In this document: piece by piece, positions 9,044 through 18,244 of the stretch | How positions within the stretch are numbered: position 1 is the first letter of the stretch | How the letters are laid out: the number at the start of each line of letters is the position of its first letter | From: a virus | Length of the DNA stretch: 26,134 nucleotides | Virus genome (UHGV): UHGV-1624389 | Strand: one strand, 5' to 3' | Program-made: the position numbers and the translations under genes | Notes under the pieces: generated by a model | Databases searched by the model: none | What the model was told of the DNA's origin: nothing | Seen by the model: only the letters and a program-made list of their open reading frames with translations

Positions 9044-9050
9044 TGAGTGA

Positions 9051-10256
9051 TTACGCCGCTGCAATCTTCAGCAGTTTGATGGCCTGCGAATCGACCAGCA
9101 TCCCGCCGGTGCGCTTGGTGGTATAAAAACCGACAAACGGTTTATTGGTGTACGGGTCACGCAGAATGCGGGTGCCGATACGGTCAACGATGGTGTAACC
9201 CCGTTTGAAGTTACCAAATGCAATGGCTTTCGCATCAGCGGCGATATCCGGCATCTGTTCGTTTTCAGCGATACCGTAACCCGCCAGAGAGGACGGCTGC
9301 CCCAGTTCCAGCCCCGGACGCCACAGATAGTTACCCTCGGTGTCTTTCAGCAGACGTATGGCAAACAGGCTGTTGTTGTTCATCATGAACTTCGCGCCAG
9401 TGCGGTGTGCCTTACGCAGCGTGTAAATCAGTTTGATAATGGCGTCTGCGGTCACCGCGGTCGCTTCGCCGGATACAATATGCTGAAGTTTGCCGAACGC
9501 CCGGACCTTGTCGGTTTCATCAGTGGATTCATACGCCAGGAACCCTTTCGGCTTCTTGGTGCCATTGCCTGAGGTAAAGGCAATTTCTTCCTGTTCGGCA
9601 AATTCGGTTGCCAGCTCGCTGTTGATCCAGGCCTCCACGTTGAAGAAGGCATCGTCCAGCATTTTCTGGGTAGCCTGCGGGTTGCCGTAGATTTCCCCCA
9701 TGAGAGGTTCAATCAGCTCCAGTCTGGAGGTGGCAGTCTGGGATCGCGTATCCGTTTCCCCCACCCATCCGGAAGCCGTACCGCCCAGATTCACCAGTTT
9801 TTTGTAGTCGGAACCGCCAACGGTGATCACCGTGGCTTCCTGACGCATCACCACTTCATCTTTCAGCAGGTTAAGAATGTTGCGATCCAGTTCTTCCGGC
9901 ACGGCGTAGCCACCGTCTTCATCGGTACCCACCTGCAATGCCTTACGCTCCAGATCGCGCAGACCGTCTTCACGGCCTTTACGCAGGAAGCCCACAAACG
10001 CCTCTTTATGCTCGGTGGCCAGTTTATTTTGCGCTCCACCTGCCGGACGTTTCAGCTCAAGCAGCTCTTTTTCAAGGTCGCTTTTGAGATTTTCCAGCTC
10101 GCTGAGTTTCCCGTTCAGGGTTTCCACCTGCCCGGCAAGCTTGCCTTTTTCCTGCTCAATCGCATCCACGCGCTTGTCGTTCTTTGCTTTGAAGTCGTCA
10201 AACTTCTGCTGCAGCTCCTGCGCGACCTGTTCGACATCTTTAATATCAACCGCCAT
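9051..10256 (-). CDS. Major capsid protein, HK97-type
   Basis: 401 aa with a coiled-coil-like N-terminal region (KLSELENLKSDLEKELLELK), positioned after the prohead protease and portal as in HK97-type head modules. Confidence 0.8.
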   Translation of the reverse strand: MAVDIKDVEQVAQELQQKFDDFKAKNDKRVDAIEQEKGKLAGQVETLNGKLSELENLKSDLEKELLELKRPAGGAQNKLATEHKEAFVGFLRKGREDGLRDLERKALQVGTDEDGGYAVPEELDRNILNLLKDEVVMRQEATVITVGGSDYKKLVNLGGTASGWVGETDTRSQTATSRLELIEPLMGEIYGNPQATQKMLDDAFFNVEAWINSELATEFAEQEEIAFTSGNGTKKPKGFLAYESTDETDKVRAFGKLQHIVSGEATAVTADAIIKLIYTLRKAHRTGAKFMMNNNSLFAIRLLKDTEGNYLWRPGLELGQPSSLAGYGIAENEQMPDIAADAKAIAFGNFKRGYTIVDRIGTRILRDPYTNKPFVGFYTTKRTGGMLVDSQAIKLLKIAAA

Positions 10257-10270
10257 CGTATTTCTCCTGA

Positions 10271-10957
10271 TTAGAAGTTCAGATTTTTCAGTGCATTCAG
10301 TGCAGAGCCCACATCCTCAGCGTCGCGCAGGGACAGTGCGCCATAGCCCCCGGCCATGAATGCTTTGGCCTGGGTACGGGAGAGTCCGACATCACGCAGG
10401 ACTCTTTCGATTTTTTTCTGTTCGGGGATTTCCCCGCGGGCCAGTGCGTTCTTGACGTCGCTGATCCGCGCCTCGTCGTTAGACGGGAACGTCACCAGGC
10501 TGACTTCCCAGAGGTCGATTTCTTTCAGCAGAAAGGCTTCTTTGCTCCGGTCGTATTCCCAGTCTTTCAGGACGTACCCAATAGAAAGGCCGGTTAACGA
10601 ACCGGCCTTCATGTGTGCATGTGCGCGTTTTGCGAGGGGATCATCATCAATAAGCAACCGTCCCCTGACGTAAAGCCCGACATCGTCTTCCTTCATTTCG
10701 GTGTAAACACCGATGGGTTCATCCATGCGGTGCTGCCAGAGCAGCGCAGGTAACGCTTTTCTGTCACTCCACGCCCGCAGGGAAGCAGCAAATGCCCCGG
10801 ACATCACCACATCATCGTGGCTGTCCTTTACACCAAAGACGGAGCCATACCCTTCAAACTCACCGGAGTCACTGACAGATTTCAGACTCAGCGGTACATC
10901 AAGACGTTGTTTCGTCTGCATTGGCGTTATCCTTCTGCTTACCGGCTTTACTGCCAT
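10271..10957 (-). CDS. Prohead maturation protease (HK97 family)
   Basis: 228-aa ORF between portal and capsid; the true start may be the internal Met (MQTKQRL...). Overlaps the portal 3' end. Confidence 0.75.
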   Translation of the reverse strand: MAVKPVSRRITPMQTKQRLDVPLSLKSVSDSGEFEGYGSVFGVKDSHDDVVMSGAFAASLRAWSDRKALPALLWQHRMDEPIGVYTEMKEDDVGLYVRGRLLIDDDPLAKRAHAHMKAGSLTGLSIGYVLKDWEYDRSKEAFLLKEIDLWEVSLVTFPSNDEARISDVKNALARGEIPEQKKIERVLRDVGLSRTQAKAFMAGGYGALSLRDAEDVGSALNALKNLNF

Positions 10958-12140
10958 CGGAGGGTTTCGTGGTCATGTTCATCGGTGTGAGATAGACATC
11001 ACCACCGGGTCGTGGATTCATATCTTCCAGGTCGCGGCAGTCATTGGGAGAGTAAATTCCCCAGTTGATCCCGGTGGCGTAGGCTTCAAAACGGGACTTC
11101 ATATCCCCGCGCAGTAACGCCCCGGCGTTAAATTTGGCGTAATAAACGCCCTGCTTACTTTTTCGTACCAGTCCGGTGTTGATCCGCTGTTCGATGCGGG
11201 TCAGATACGGCACCAGTGAATAGTTGATAAATCCCAGCCCCAGCTCTTCGATATTGTTGAAGGTGGCGCGATCGGTGTTCTGCACCATGTGCAACGGCAC
11301 CCGGAACAGACGACAGATTTCTTCAAGCTGAAACTTGCGGGTTTCCAGGAACTGGCTGTCCTCGGCGTTCAGCGCCATCGACTTCCAGTCCAGCCCCATC
11401 TCAAGGATCATCGGGCGGTGAGCATTGCCAAGCCCGGTGTGACGCTCCTCAAAATCTTTCTTCAGGCGCTCATAAGCCTGATCTGACAGCGTCTGCTCTG
11501 TACGCAACACACCCGACGTCACCGCGCCATTGCTGAACAGTCTGGCCCCGTGCTCTTCGGTCGCTGCCGCCAGCGATATTGCCTCGCGGGCATAGGCGAT
11601 GGGATTCAGCCCCACCAGTCCGTCCAGCGTCAGCGTGCGCACATGCCAGATATCCTCCTGGCTCAGTACATCCGTGGAGCCATCCGGGAATGTGACCTGA
11701 TAGATCGGCTCCCAGCTACTGTTAAGCTTCGGTACCACACAGCCGGGATCGACGGGCAGCAGTTCAGCCACTTCGCCAAATGCTTTCACTTTGTAGGCGT
11801 AAAAGTTTCCCCGCAGGCACAGACAGGTGACCACCAGCTCCCAGAACTCCTGCGGCGTCATATAGCCATTGGGATGCGTGGAGATCAGCTTATGCAGACG
11901 CTCGCCGGTGGCTCTCTGTTTCAGGCTGCCGTTCAGGTGATACAGATTGCAGGGCAACATCCCGACCGACTCTGCCAGCACCCTGACACAGGAAAAAACC
12001 GCCGTCAGTCGCATGGCCCGCTGGCTGCTGATCTGCTTTCCGGTATAGGTGTCGTAGGACAACCCGATGGCATCCGCCAGCTCTGCTGGCGTGGTCACCG
12101 GTGCGTCACTTTTTCGTTGAAATAATCCCGAAAAGAACAC
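10899..12140 (-). CDS. Portal protein (HK97 family)
   Basis: 413 aa, immediately downstream of the large terminase, with an acidic Lys/Asp-rich C-terminus. Confidence 0.8.
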   Translation of the reverse strand: MFFSGLFQRKSDAPVTTPAELADAIGLSYDTYTGKQISSQRAMRLTAVFSCVRVLAESVGMLPCNLYHLNGSLKQRATGERLHKLISTHPNGYMTPQEFWELVVTCLCLRGNFYAYKVKAFGEVAELLPVDPGCVVPKLNSSWEPIYQVTFPDGSTDVLSQEDIWHVRTLTLDGLVGLNPIAYAREAISLAAATEEHGARLFSNGAVTSGVLRTEQTLSDQAYERLKKDFEERHTGLGNAHRPMILEMGLDWKSMALNAEDSQFLETRKFQLEEICRLFRVPLHMVQNTDRATFNNIEELGLGFINYSLVPYLTRIEQRINTGLVRKSKQGVYYAKFNAGALLRGDMKSRFEAYATGINWGIYSPNDCRDLEDMNPRPGGDVYLTPMNMTTKPSDGSKAGKQKDNANADETTS

Positions 12141-12322
12141 TATTTACCTCCACCAACAGACAGCTGTGTACGATCGAGATATCGCGCTACCAGCCACGAC
12201 CAGAACAGGCACAACGCCCCGGCAACAACAAACCCCGCCGGGGGATAAATCAGCCAGGCACCATACGCCAGCAAAAGCGCCCCCAGCACGCCCACCAGAG
12301 GCGCGAGAATCAGCATGATCAT
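12140..12322 (-). CDS. Small membrane protein (two predicted TM helices)
   Basis: 60 aa, [49 protein letters not shown], wedged between terminase and portal with overlapping junctions. Confidence 0.4.
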   Translation of the reverse strand: MIMLILAPLVGVLGALLLAYGAWLIYPPAGFVVAGALCLFWSWLVARYLDRTQLSVGGGK

Positions 12323-12333
12323 AATTACCTCAG

Positions 12334-14067
12334 TTAAAGCGAGCGGATCCCATAGGACTCAATGTGGTCAGACAGCGTGTCTTCTTTCTCGTACAGCATG
12401 GCTCTGCCAACCGCCATAATCAGCGCAACTGCACCGTCAATTTTGTTTTCCGCCTGCTCTTTGACGGGTTTCACCACATCATCGTTACCCGGAATGGTTT
12501 TGCCGACCACATTGCCGATACACCAGGTCATGATGGGATTGCCATCATGATGAAAGCGCCCCGATTCAATTGCCGCTTCCAGCTCTTTCATCGGGTCGGA
12601 CATGTTGGTGTAGTTCTGAATGATAGTGACGGGATTCAGGTCTTCATCAGCAAGGTCATGTGACAACCCGGTCGCCCCGAAGGGGTCGATGGGTGACTCA
12701 CTGACCGGGCTGATTTTGTTCGCCGCTTTGGCCTCCTCGAGGATGTAGCGATAATCCACCTCCGCACCATCGGTAACGGTCAGAACGCCCATTTCCACCC
12801 ATTTCTGAAAGCGTTCGGCTGTCCGGCGATCTTCATTTTTCTCGACGCTGTACACCGTGTCATACGGTACCCAGAAGCGCGGAGCCACACTGTAGTAATG
12901 CGTTTTACCGTCAATCTCGCGGGTATAAAGTCGCGCCATGCTGTTCATATCCAGCTTACGCGCCAGGTCAAAGGCCAGAATGCACGGTTGCCCCTCGAAC
13001 TGCTCAAGGGTCAGTGATTTATCCTCGCAGCTCTGCCAGCTCACCAGGTTGAAATACGCCGAACGCGCCGACACCCAGATATTGAGGTGTTTTGTTTTAA
13101 AGACGTTTGCCAGACGGGCGTTATTTTTCGCACGCTGCTGCTGACTTAACAAAAATTCGCGATAAACCGACACGCCAATATTCGGGTTAGCTTTTTCCAG
13201 CACCTGCGGGTCGGTCCAGTCATCGCCTTCGTCAACGGTATAGATGATCCCGAACAGTTCATCGTTGGGTACCGAACCGTTGAGCATCTCGATAACTTCC
13301 CGCCGCTTGTCGTAGCACGGCCCCTCAATGTTGTACCCGGCGGTGGTGATGGCCCACATCAGTGGCTGACGTCGCGCGCCCATCCCGGTAAGCATCGTGG
13401 TATAAAGCGCATCGGTGGCGTGCTCGTGATATTCATCCACCACGGCACAGTGGGGTGATGAACCATCACCGGGGTTACCGATCAGCGGTTCAAACCGCGC
13501 GCCATCCTCCGGACGGTTCATGTTTGAGGCGTTAACCTCAATCCCGAACGCTTCCGTCAGCATGGGTGTGCGTTTACACATCAGTCGCGCCGGGCGAAAG
13601 ACTTCCCACGCCTGTTTCTCTGTCGTGGCACCGGAATACACTTCCGCGCCAAACTCGTTATCACAGGCAAAACAATACAGGGCAACACCGGCAGAGATTG
13701 CCGATTTGCCGTTCTTACGGGGGATTTCGGTATACACCTCCCTGAAGCGGCGCAGCCGGGAGCCTTTATTGACCCAGCCAAACGCACAGCAGATCACAAA
13801 GAGCTGCCACGGTTCCAGCGTGATGGGCATCCTCTTGAATGCCCACTCCCCCTTGGTGTGTGGCAACAGCTGAATAAATTTCGCGGCCCGTTCAGCCAGG
13901 TCCTTGTCGAAGCGGTAACGAAACGACTTACTTTTTTCCGCCATCAGGTCATCAAGATGGCGCTGGCAGGCCTGAATCACAAACTGGCAGGCCACAATCT
14001 TTCCGCGCACGACATCACGGGCATACTGATTGGCAGCATTTACGTTGGGGTAAGATTTCCGGCTCAT
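12334..14067 (-). CDS. Terminase large subunit
   Basis: 577 aa with a Walker A-like stretch ([12 protein letters not shown]) and acidic nuclease-like C-terminal half. ATGA overlap with the small terminase gene. Confidence 0.9.
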   Translation of the reverse strand: MSRKSYPNVNAANQYARDVVRGKIVACQFVIQACQRHLDDLMAEKSKSFRYRFDKDLAERAAKFIQLLPHTKGEWAFKRMPITLEPWQLFVICCAFGWVNKGSRLRRFREVYTEIPRKNGKSAISAGVALYCFACDNEFGAEVYSGATTEKQAWEVFRPARLMCKRTPMLTEAFGIEVNASNMNRPEDGARFEPLIGNPGDGSSPHCAVVDEYHEHATDALYTTMLTGMGARRQPLMWAITTAGYNIEGPCYDKRREVIEMLNGSVPNDELFGIIYTVDEGDDWTDPQVLEKANPNIGVSVYREFLLSQQQRAKNNARLANVFKTKHLNIWVSARSAYFNLVSWQSCEDKSLTLEQFEGQPCILAFDLARKLDMNSMARLYTREIDGKTHYYSVAPRFWVPYDTVYSVEKNEDRRTAERFQKWVEMGVLTVTDGAEVDYRYILEEAKAANKISPVSESPIDPFGATGLSHDLADEDLNPVTIIQNYTNMSDPMKELEAAIESGRFHHDGNPIMTWCIGNVVGKTIPGNDDVVKPVKEQAENKIDGAVALIMAVGRAMLYEKEDTLSDHIESYGIRSL

Positions 14068-14567
14068 GATTCGATGATTTTCAGAAACGGGTTAGTGGCT
14101 TTCTTCTGCCCCGCCAGGCCAATCAGACGCTGGCGGCTGCTGGGGTCGAGTCCGAGCATTGCCCCCGTGCTGCTCATCTCGGACTCCTGTTCTTTCTTGG
14201 CGGTCAGCTCCGGATTTTTGACCATGCCACCCATTGCACCGGTGATGGTGTTGCCCTGTCTGGCAATATTTTTCACGGCACGCCGCCAGAACTCGTAGGC
14301 CACGCACCACCGCTCAAGCACCGCGAGGTCAGTCACGCACAGCAGGCCCTGACCGCAGAGTTCTTTGGTTGTCAGTTGCCACATGATCGTGGCGAGAGGG
14401 AGATCTTCTTCAGCGAACCACTCCGGTGGCTCAACACCTTTGATGGGCGTAAAAACAGGTTCATCTTTATTCAGGGCTCGCTTGCCGGGGTTTCCGGCCA
14501 GCGCCTTGCGCGCCGTTGGCTTGGGGCGACGCCCGGAACGCCCCGCCGTTCCAGCCATATGCGGCAC
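14064..14567 (-). CDS. Terminase small subunit (P27-like)
   Basis: 167 aa with basic N-terminus [30 protein letters not shown], directly upstream of the large terminase. Confidence 0.75.
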   Translation of the reverse strand: MPHMAGTAGRSGRRPKPTARKALAGNPGKRALNKDEPVFTPIKGVEPPEWFAEEDLPLATIMWQLTTKELCGQGLLCVTDLAVLERWCVAYEFWRRAVKNIARQGNTITGAMGGMVKNPELTAKKEQESEMSSTGAMLGLDPSSRQRLIGLAGQKKATNPFLKIIES

Positions 14568-14608
14568 TCCTGGTTAAATTTCATTTTTCGCGGGTATAAA
14601 AAAACGAT

Positions 14609-14657
14609 GGGGCGGGCAGTCCGGAAGACGTCAGGTCACAGAGATTTGACCCGCCCC
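14609..14657. repeat. GC-rich inverted repeat between the HNH and terS genes; candidate cos/packaging-site region
   Basis: GGGGCGGG (14609-14616) and CCCGCCCC (14650-14657) flank a nested GTCA...TGAC symmetry. Location matches cos sites of HNH-dependent HK97-like packaging modules. Confidence 0.35.
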
Positions 14658-14683
14658 TCCCCTCAGACAGTTGAGAATTATTA

Positions 14684-15034
14684 TCACTTTAGCCGTTCAC
14701 GGGCCGTCTTCGCCTTATGACACGGCCAGCACAGACTCTGCAGATTATTGTCGGCCTCAGTGCCGCCATGTGCTTTAGGGATGATGTGGTCAACGGTTTT
14801 CGCCTCACGCACCACACCGGCACGCAGACATAACTGACACAGGCCCTTGTCACGCTTCAGTACACGTTCACGGATAGCATCCCATTTCGAACCGTAGCCG
14901 CGCTGATGACGGGATTGTCCTGGCTTGTATTGCTTCCAGCCTTCGCTTTTGTGGCTTTCGCAGTAGCCTGACGGGTCTGTGGTGGTATGGCGGCAGCCAC
15001 GAACACGGCAGGCTTTTGGGATTCGTGGGGGCAT
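14684..15034 (-). CDS. HNH endonuclease (terminase-associated)
   Basis: 116 aa with Cys pairs and a DHIIPKAHGG...N...CWPCH motif, placed just upstream of terS. Confidence 0.85.
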   Translation of the reverse strand: MPPRIPKACRVRGCRHTTTDPSGYCESHKSEGWKQYKPGQSRHQRGYGSKWDAIRERVLKRDKGLCQLCLRAGVVREAKTVDHIIPKAHGGTEADNNLQSLCWPCHKAKTARERLK

Positions 15035-15060
15035 AAATATATTCCTGTTCTTTGTCCAGA

Positions 15061-15333
15061 TTATTTGCCTGCTGCCAGCAAAGCGTTATGGCGCATCTCG
15101 ATACTTCGAATCCCCGCTTTGTCAATATTGCATTGTCCCAACGCTGACAACAGACTCACATTCAACTCCAGACTGGCACCATACGTCAGCGGATTGGGTA
15201 TAAACGGTACAGGAGTATCAGAAGTCAGGCTGGCTGGCAGTGGTGCCACCGGAGCGCTCACGTAAACCGTCCGCGAATTTCCGCAACCTGTCAGCAGCGG
15301 CAGCAGGCACAGGACGTGAAGCACAATCATCAT
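15061..15333 (-). CDS. Outer-membrane spanin lipoprotein (Rz1-like)
   Basis: Starts at the internal Met MMIVLHVLCLLPLLTGC (lipobox LLTGC), begins inside Rz in another frame and extends past the Rz stop. Pro-rich mature part. Confidence 0.65.
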   Translation of the reverse strand: MMIVLHVLCLLPLLTGCGNSRTVYVSAPVAPLPASLTSDTPVPFIPNPLTYGASLELNVSLLSALGQCNIDKAGIRSIEMRHNALLAAGK

Positions 15334-15610
15334 CCGCAACAGCCACTTTGATATCTTCCTGGGTTCTCTGTGACTCCAGTGCGATCTGCTGTTTTGCATG
15401 CTGGTTAGCCTCTATAACTGTATTGATGATTTGCAGTGATTGCAGAACGTTACGGGTAATGGCAGTTGCTGATTCAGCATTTCGTACAGCCTCATCAGCA
15501 CGCTCCTTTTCGTGCTGATATTTGCTGTAGTAATGCCCGGTAGACCAGATGAAGGAACCAATGACGGTAACAAAGAAGGCAACAATAACCAGCTTATATC
15601 TCAGCTTCAT
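15218..15610 (-). CDS. Inner-membrane spanin (Rz-like)
   Basis: 130 aa with an N-terminal TM helix (LVIVAFFVTVIGSFIW) and a coiled-coil-like periplasmic domain, directly after the endolysin. Confidence 0.7.
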   Translation of the reverse strand: MKLRYKLVIVAFFVTVIGSFIWSTGHYYSKYQHEKERADEAVRNAESATAITRNVLQSLQIINTVIEANQHAKQQIALESQRTQEDIKVAVADDDCASRPVPAAAADRLRKFADGLRERSGGTTASQPDF

Positions 15611-16070
15611 TTACTTCCCCACCAGCCTCTTTAAATCGGGCAATCAGGTCGCCTATTTTATGTTCATACTGACCATAACCTGCACCAGGTAACGACGCCC
15701 AGATATTGCTGCAACGGTCGATTGCCTGACGAATATCACCGCGATCAATCATCGGTAAAGCGCCACGCTCCTTAATCTGCTGTAATGCCACTGAGTCCTG
15801 GCTTCTGGGAGAGAAGTCTTTCAGCCCAAGCTGCTTACGATAAGCATCCCACCAGCGTGAAAGAAGCTGATAGCGTCCAGCGGCTGTTGATTTAAGTTTT
15901 GGGTTTAGAGTGACAAGTTTACGAGGGTGATCGGAGTAATCAGTGAAGAGTTCACCACCGACAATAACATCATAACCGTGATTACGTGTCGGTTGTCGCC
16001 CGTTATCTGTTCCTTCTGACCAGGCCACCATATCCAGAAAAGCTTTACGCTGGGAATTTAGCACCTGCAT
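15594..16070 (-). CDS. R: Endolysin, lambda R-type lytic transglycosylase
   Basis: 158 aa, ...NQRKAFLDMVAWSEGTDNGRQPTRNHGYDVIVGGELFTDYSDHPRKLVTLNPKLKSTAAGRYQLLSRWWDAYRKQLGL..., which matches the lambda R sequence I remember along most of its length. Confidence 0.93.
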   Translation of the reverse strand: MQVLNSQRKAFLDMVAWSEGTDNGRQPTRNHGYDVIVGGELFTDYSDHPRKLVTLNPKLKSTAAGRYQLLSRWWDAYRKQLGLKDFSPRSQDSVALQQIKERGALPMIDRGDIRQAIDRCSNIWASLPGAGYGQYEHKIGDLIARFKEAGGEVNEAEI

Positions 16071-16073
16071 AAA

Positions 16074-16400
16074 TTACTCCTTAGAACCACCAAACTTATT
16101 ACCGATTACTCTCATTGCAGCCCCACGAATAGCATCGACCCCGATCAGCCCAACGCCACCACCAATGGCAACAGAAAGAGATTTAGGCCATCCGACATAC
16201 TCAAGAGCGGATGCAAAAGTCAGCGTCAGAGCACCACAGAGCAAAATCTCGAGCGTTTTTCGTTTCCAGCCACCACCACCGCCAAAATAGGCAATGCGCA
16301 AGCCAGCCATAACGATCGACATAATCACTGCGCCCAGCGGTGTGTCTCCACGCCACCAGCTCTGGAACAACTCCAGCCAGGTATTTGGGTTATGAGGCAT
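16074..16400 (-). CDS. S: Holin (lambda S family, three TM helices)
   Basis: 108 aa with three hydrophobic segments and a GAVIMSIVMAGLRIAYFGGG stretch that resembles lambda S (GAILAFAMAYLRGRYNGG) from memory. Sits immediately upstream of R. Confidence 0.8.
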   Translation of the reverse strand: MPHNPNTWLELFQSWWRGDTPLGAVIMSIVMAGLRIAYFGGGGGWKRKTLEILLCGALTLTFASALEYVGWPKSLSVAIGGGVGLIGVDAIRGAAMRVIGNKFGGSKE

Positions 16401-16544
16401 TTGTAGTTATCTCTCACCTCGCAATACAGGAGGTGCAAATTGAGGGAACATCATGTACCGCAAATCAGAAGCGGAAACGTAAAAGAAGTCGAGCCAATGG
16501 ATAAGTACCAGATAGACCAAGCCCAACGAATACCAAGGCCTAGA

Positions 16545-16575
16545 AATGACAAAACCCGCTCGACGGCGGGTTTAA
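16545..16575 (-). terminator. Intrinsic terminator upstream of the lysis cassette (tR'-like candidate)
   Basis: On the minus strand: AAACCCGC, spacer, GCGGGTTT, followed by TTTTGTCATTTCT (stem arms at 16552-16559 and 16566-16573). Confidence 0.5.
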
Positions 16576-16618
16576 GCTGTGTGGCGAAGTAACCACTCTT
16601 AACACGATACAATAATTT

Positions 16619-16647
16619 TTGCGTACGCGTTAGCGCTTTTGTATATT
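16619..16647 (+). promoter_or_regulatory. Candidate sigma-70 promoter for the plus-strand two-gene insert
   Basis: TTGCGT (16619-16624), 17-bp spacer, TATATT (16642-16647), about 35 bp upstream of the ATG at 16681. Confidence 0.35.
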
Positions 16648-16680
16648 CAGCTTAATCCTATGTATTTATGGAAAAATAAG

Positions 16681-17712
16681 ATGAGCAAGCGTGAAATCAA
16701 AACTAAAAAAATAATCTATAAAGAAGTCACAATGTCAGGTGTGTCAAAGACGCTCCAGTCGATGCTAATGGAGCTGCTCAAAAAACACACTAAAGCAGAT
16801 TCTCGCAAGGAAATGGTCAACCCAGGAGAGGAAGACTTATTCCGATTAATTAATAAACATGAAGAGTTCCAGGGAATGCTGTTTTGCCAGCTTGTTGCCT
16901 TCGAACCAGGCCATTCTCAACGCTATATACAGCTTAAAAATGATGCTGAATCTTATGAAATAAGATCCGTAACATCAGATGAACTTTCTAAAATGACTGT
17001 TGAAGAAGCTGAAGAAGCACGCACAGAGAGGGAACAGGTTGTGCGTGAGTTTATAGATTCAATTCTTTATTTCGGTGTATTTGGTAACAGCATCGTAGTA
17101 ATGCAATCCAGATCTCTTACAACAAGAGAACTTGAAACACATCTGAAATGGTTACTTGGCTCTTTAAGCAATTACTTAGGCGCAGAAAACATCTTAAAAG
17201 TTTCCGATAAGCCCAAAGAAGAGATCATTGAGGAAGTTCTAAAACGACCTGTAAAATCAGTTTCTATAGGTGCCCCTGTAACTGCCGTTAACGAATTTAG
17301 TCAAGGAAGCAAAAGCCCAGGCTGGGTTCCCGCAGGAACTGCCTCTGAACTCCTTAAAGCTATGTTAGCAGAGAAATGGGAAAGCTTCTTACGTAGTAGC
17401 AAGCTTGAAGATTGTCTTGATGACGCTAATCTTGAAGTAACGCTGAAAATCACATACAAGAGGAAAACTTCTGATTCAGGAGAAAGGATGTTAAGAAATC
17501 TTGTTGACGCTACCAGACACTACCCGGATGATGACGTCGTTGTTGAAATGGTTGGTGGGACGCGTTTAACTGGTAAAGAGATTCGTTTATGGAATACTGT
17601 TAAACTCACAACTTACAATAGCTTAATTGATGAACATGAACTATATGGCCAAATGCATGATTGGATGGTCGCTCTGATCAACAATGGAGAAATAGAAGAG
17701 ACCGATGAATAG
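16681..17712 (+). CDS. Insert gene A: soluble protein of unknown function, candidate sensor component
   Basis: Long ORF on the strand opposite to all flanking phage genes. The start is taken at MSKREIKTKK (16681) because the track's first Met at 16639 lies inside the putative promoter. About 343 aa, hydrophilic, no Walker A or nucleotidyltransferase GS...DxD motif seen. Visibly AT-rich. Confidence 0.7.
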   Translation: MSKREIKTKKIIYKEVTMSGVSKTLQSMLMELLKKHTKADSRKEMVNPGEEDLFRLINKHEEFQGMLFCQLVAFEPGHSQRYIQLKNDAESYEIRSVTSDELSKMTVEEAEEARTEREQVVREFIDSILYFGVFGNSIVVMQSRSLTTRELETHLKWLLGSLSNYLGAENILKVSDKPKEEIIEEVLKRPVKSVSIGAPVTAVNEFSQGSKSPGWVPAGTASELLKAMLAEKWESFLRSSKLEDCLDDANLEVTLKITYKRKTSDSGERMLRNLVDATRHYPDDDVVVEMVGGTRLTGKEIRLWNTVKLTTYNSLIDEHELYGQMHDWMVALINNGEIEETDE

Positions 17713-18244
17713 AGAGGCTGCTAAGTGCATATCCTACCAACAACCAAGTAGAGCATTCCACTTGGTTGTTGTAGTATTGCTTATGTTTACAGCCTGGTTT
17801 ATCGCCAATAAGTACATCATTTTAACATCCATTCCTTGGGGCGTATTAACTATCCTCATCTTACCAATTGCAAGTAGCGCAACCCTGTTTCATAAGTTAT
17901 CTGAAACCCAAAAAAACGTTGCTGAGGATTTATCTCGCAATGAACAAAGAAGGTTAACAAGGCTTATTAAAGAAAAAAGCCGGGCAACATTATTCATGCT
18001 TACGCTACAAATTTCGATAATAATTTTTGTGGCATTGATTAGCCTTGGCAATGAGTCCTCTTTTGTTCAACAGCACATTCATACTATAAGTAAATTCGTT
18101 GTTTGTGCTTTGGTTTTTTCACTATACTCATTAATCCCTGTTTTACTAGGAGTAAAGGAAGTTATTGATTTTGAAGGGTTAATAAAAACACGAAAAACAT
18201 TAAATAAGCGTAAAAAATCTGCATTATCCAAGCTTGGGAAGTAA
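17705..18244 (+). CDS. Insert gene B: four-TM small membrane protein, candidate effector
   Basis: 179 aa with four hydrophobic helices (HLVVVVLLMFTAWFIA, IPWGVLTILILPIASSATLF, LFMLTLQISIIIFVALISLG, FVVCALVFSLYSLIPVLLGV), a charged loop and a basic C-tail. Start overlaps gene A's stop (ATGAATAG), so the two are translationally coupled. Confidence 0.7.
   Translation: MNREAAKCISYQQPSRAFHLVVVVLLMFTAWFIANKYIILTSIPWGVLTILILPIASSATLFHKLSETQKNVAEDLSRNEQRRLTRLIKEKSRATLFMLTLQISIIIFVALISLGNESSFVQQHIHTISKFVVCALVFSLYSLIPVLLGVKEVIDFEGLIKTRKTLNKRKKSALSKLGK

Noticed and set aside
16401-16640. tRNA gene between Q and the lysis genes, as seen in some Stx-type phages
   Set aside because: No cloverleaf-compatible segment, T-loop GGTTCGA motif or CCA-proximal acceptor stem found on either strand.
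16639-16680. Upstream Met at 16639 as the start of insert gene A
   Set aside because: It lies inside the putative -10 element and upstream of the likely transcription start. The Met at 16681 is preferred, though a start at 16732 cannot be excluded.
16681-17712. Insert gene A as a CBASS/Pycsar-type nucleotide cyclase paired with a TM effector
   Set aside because: I could not find the GS...[DE]x[DE] nucleotidyltransferase signature or cyclase motifs by eye. The architecture alone does not support that call, so the protein is left as unknown function.
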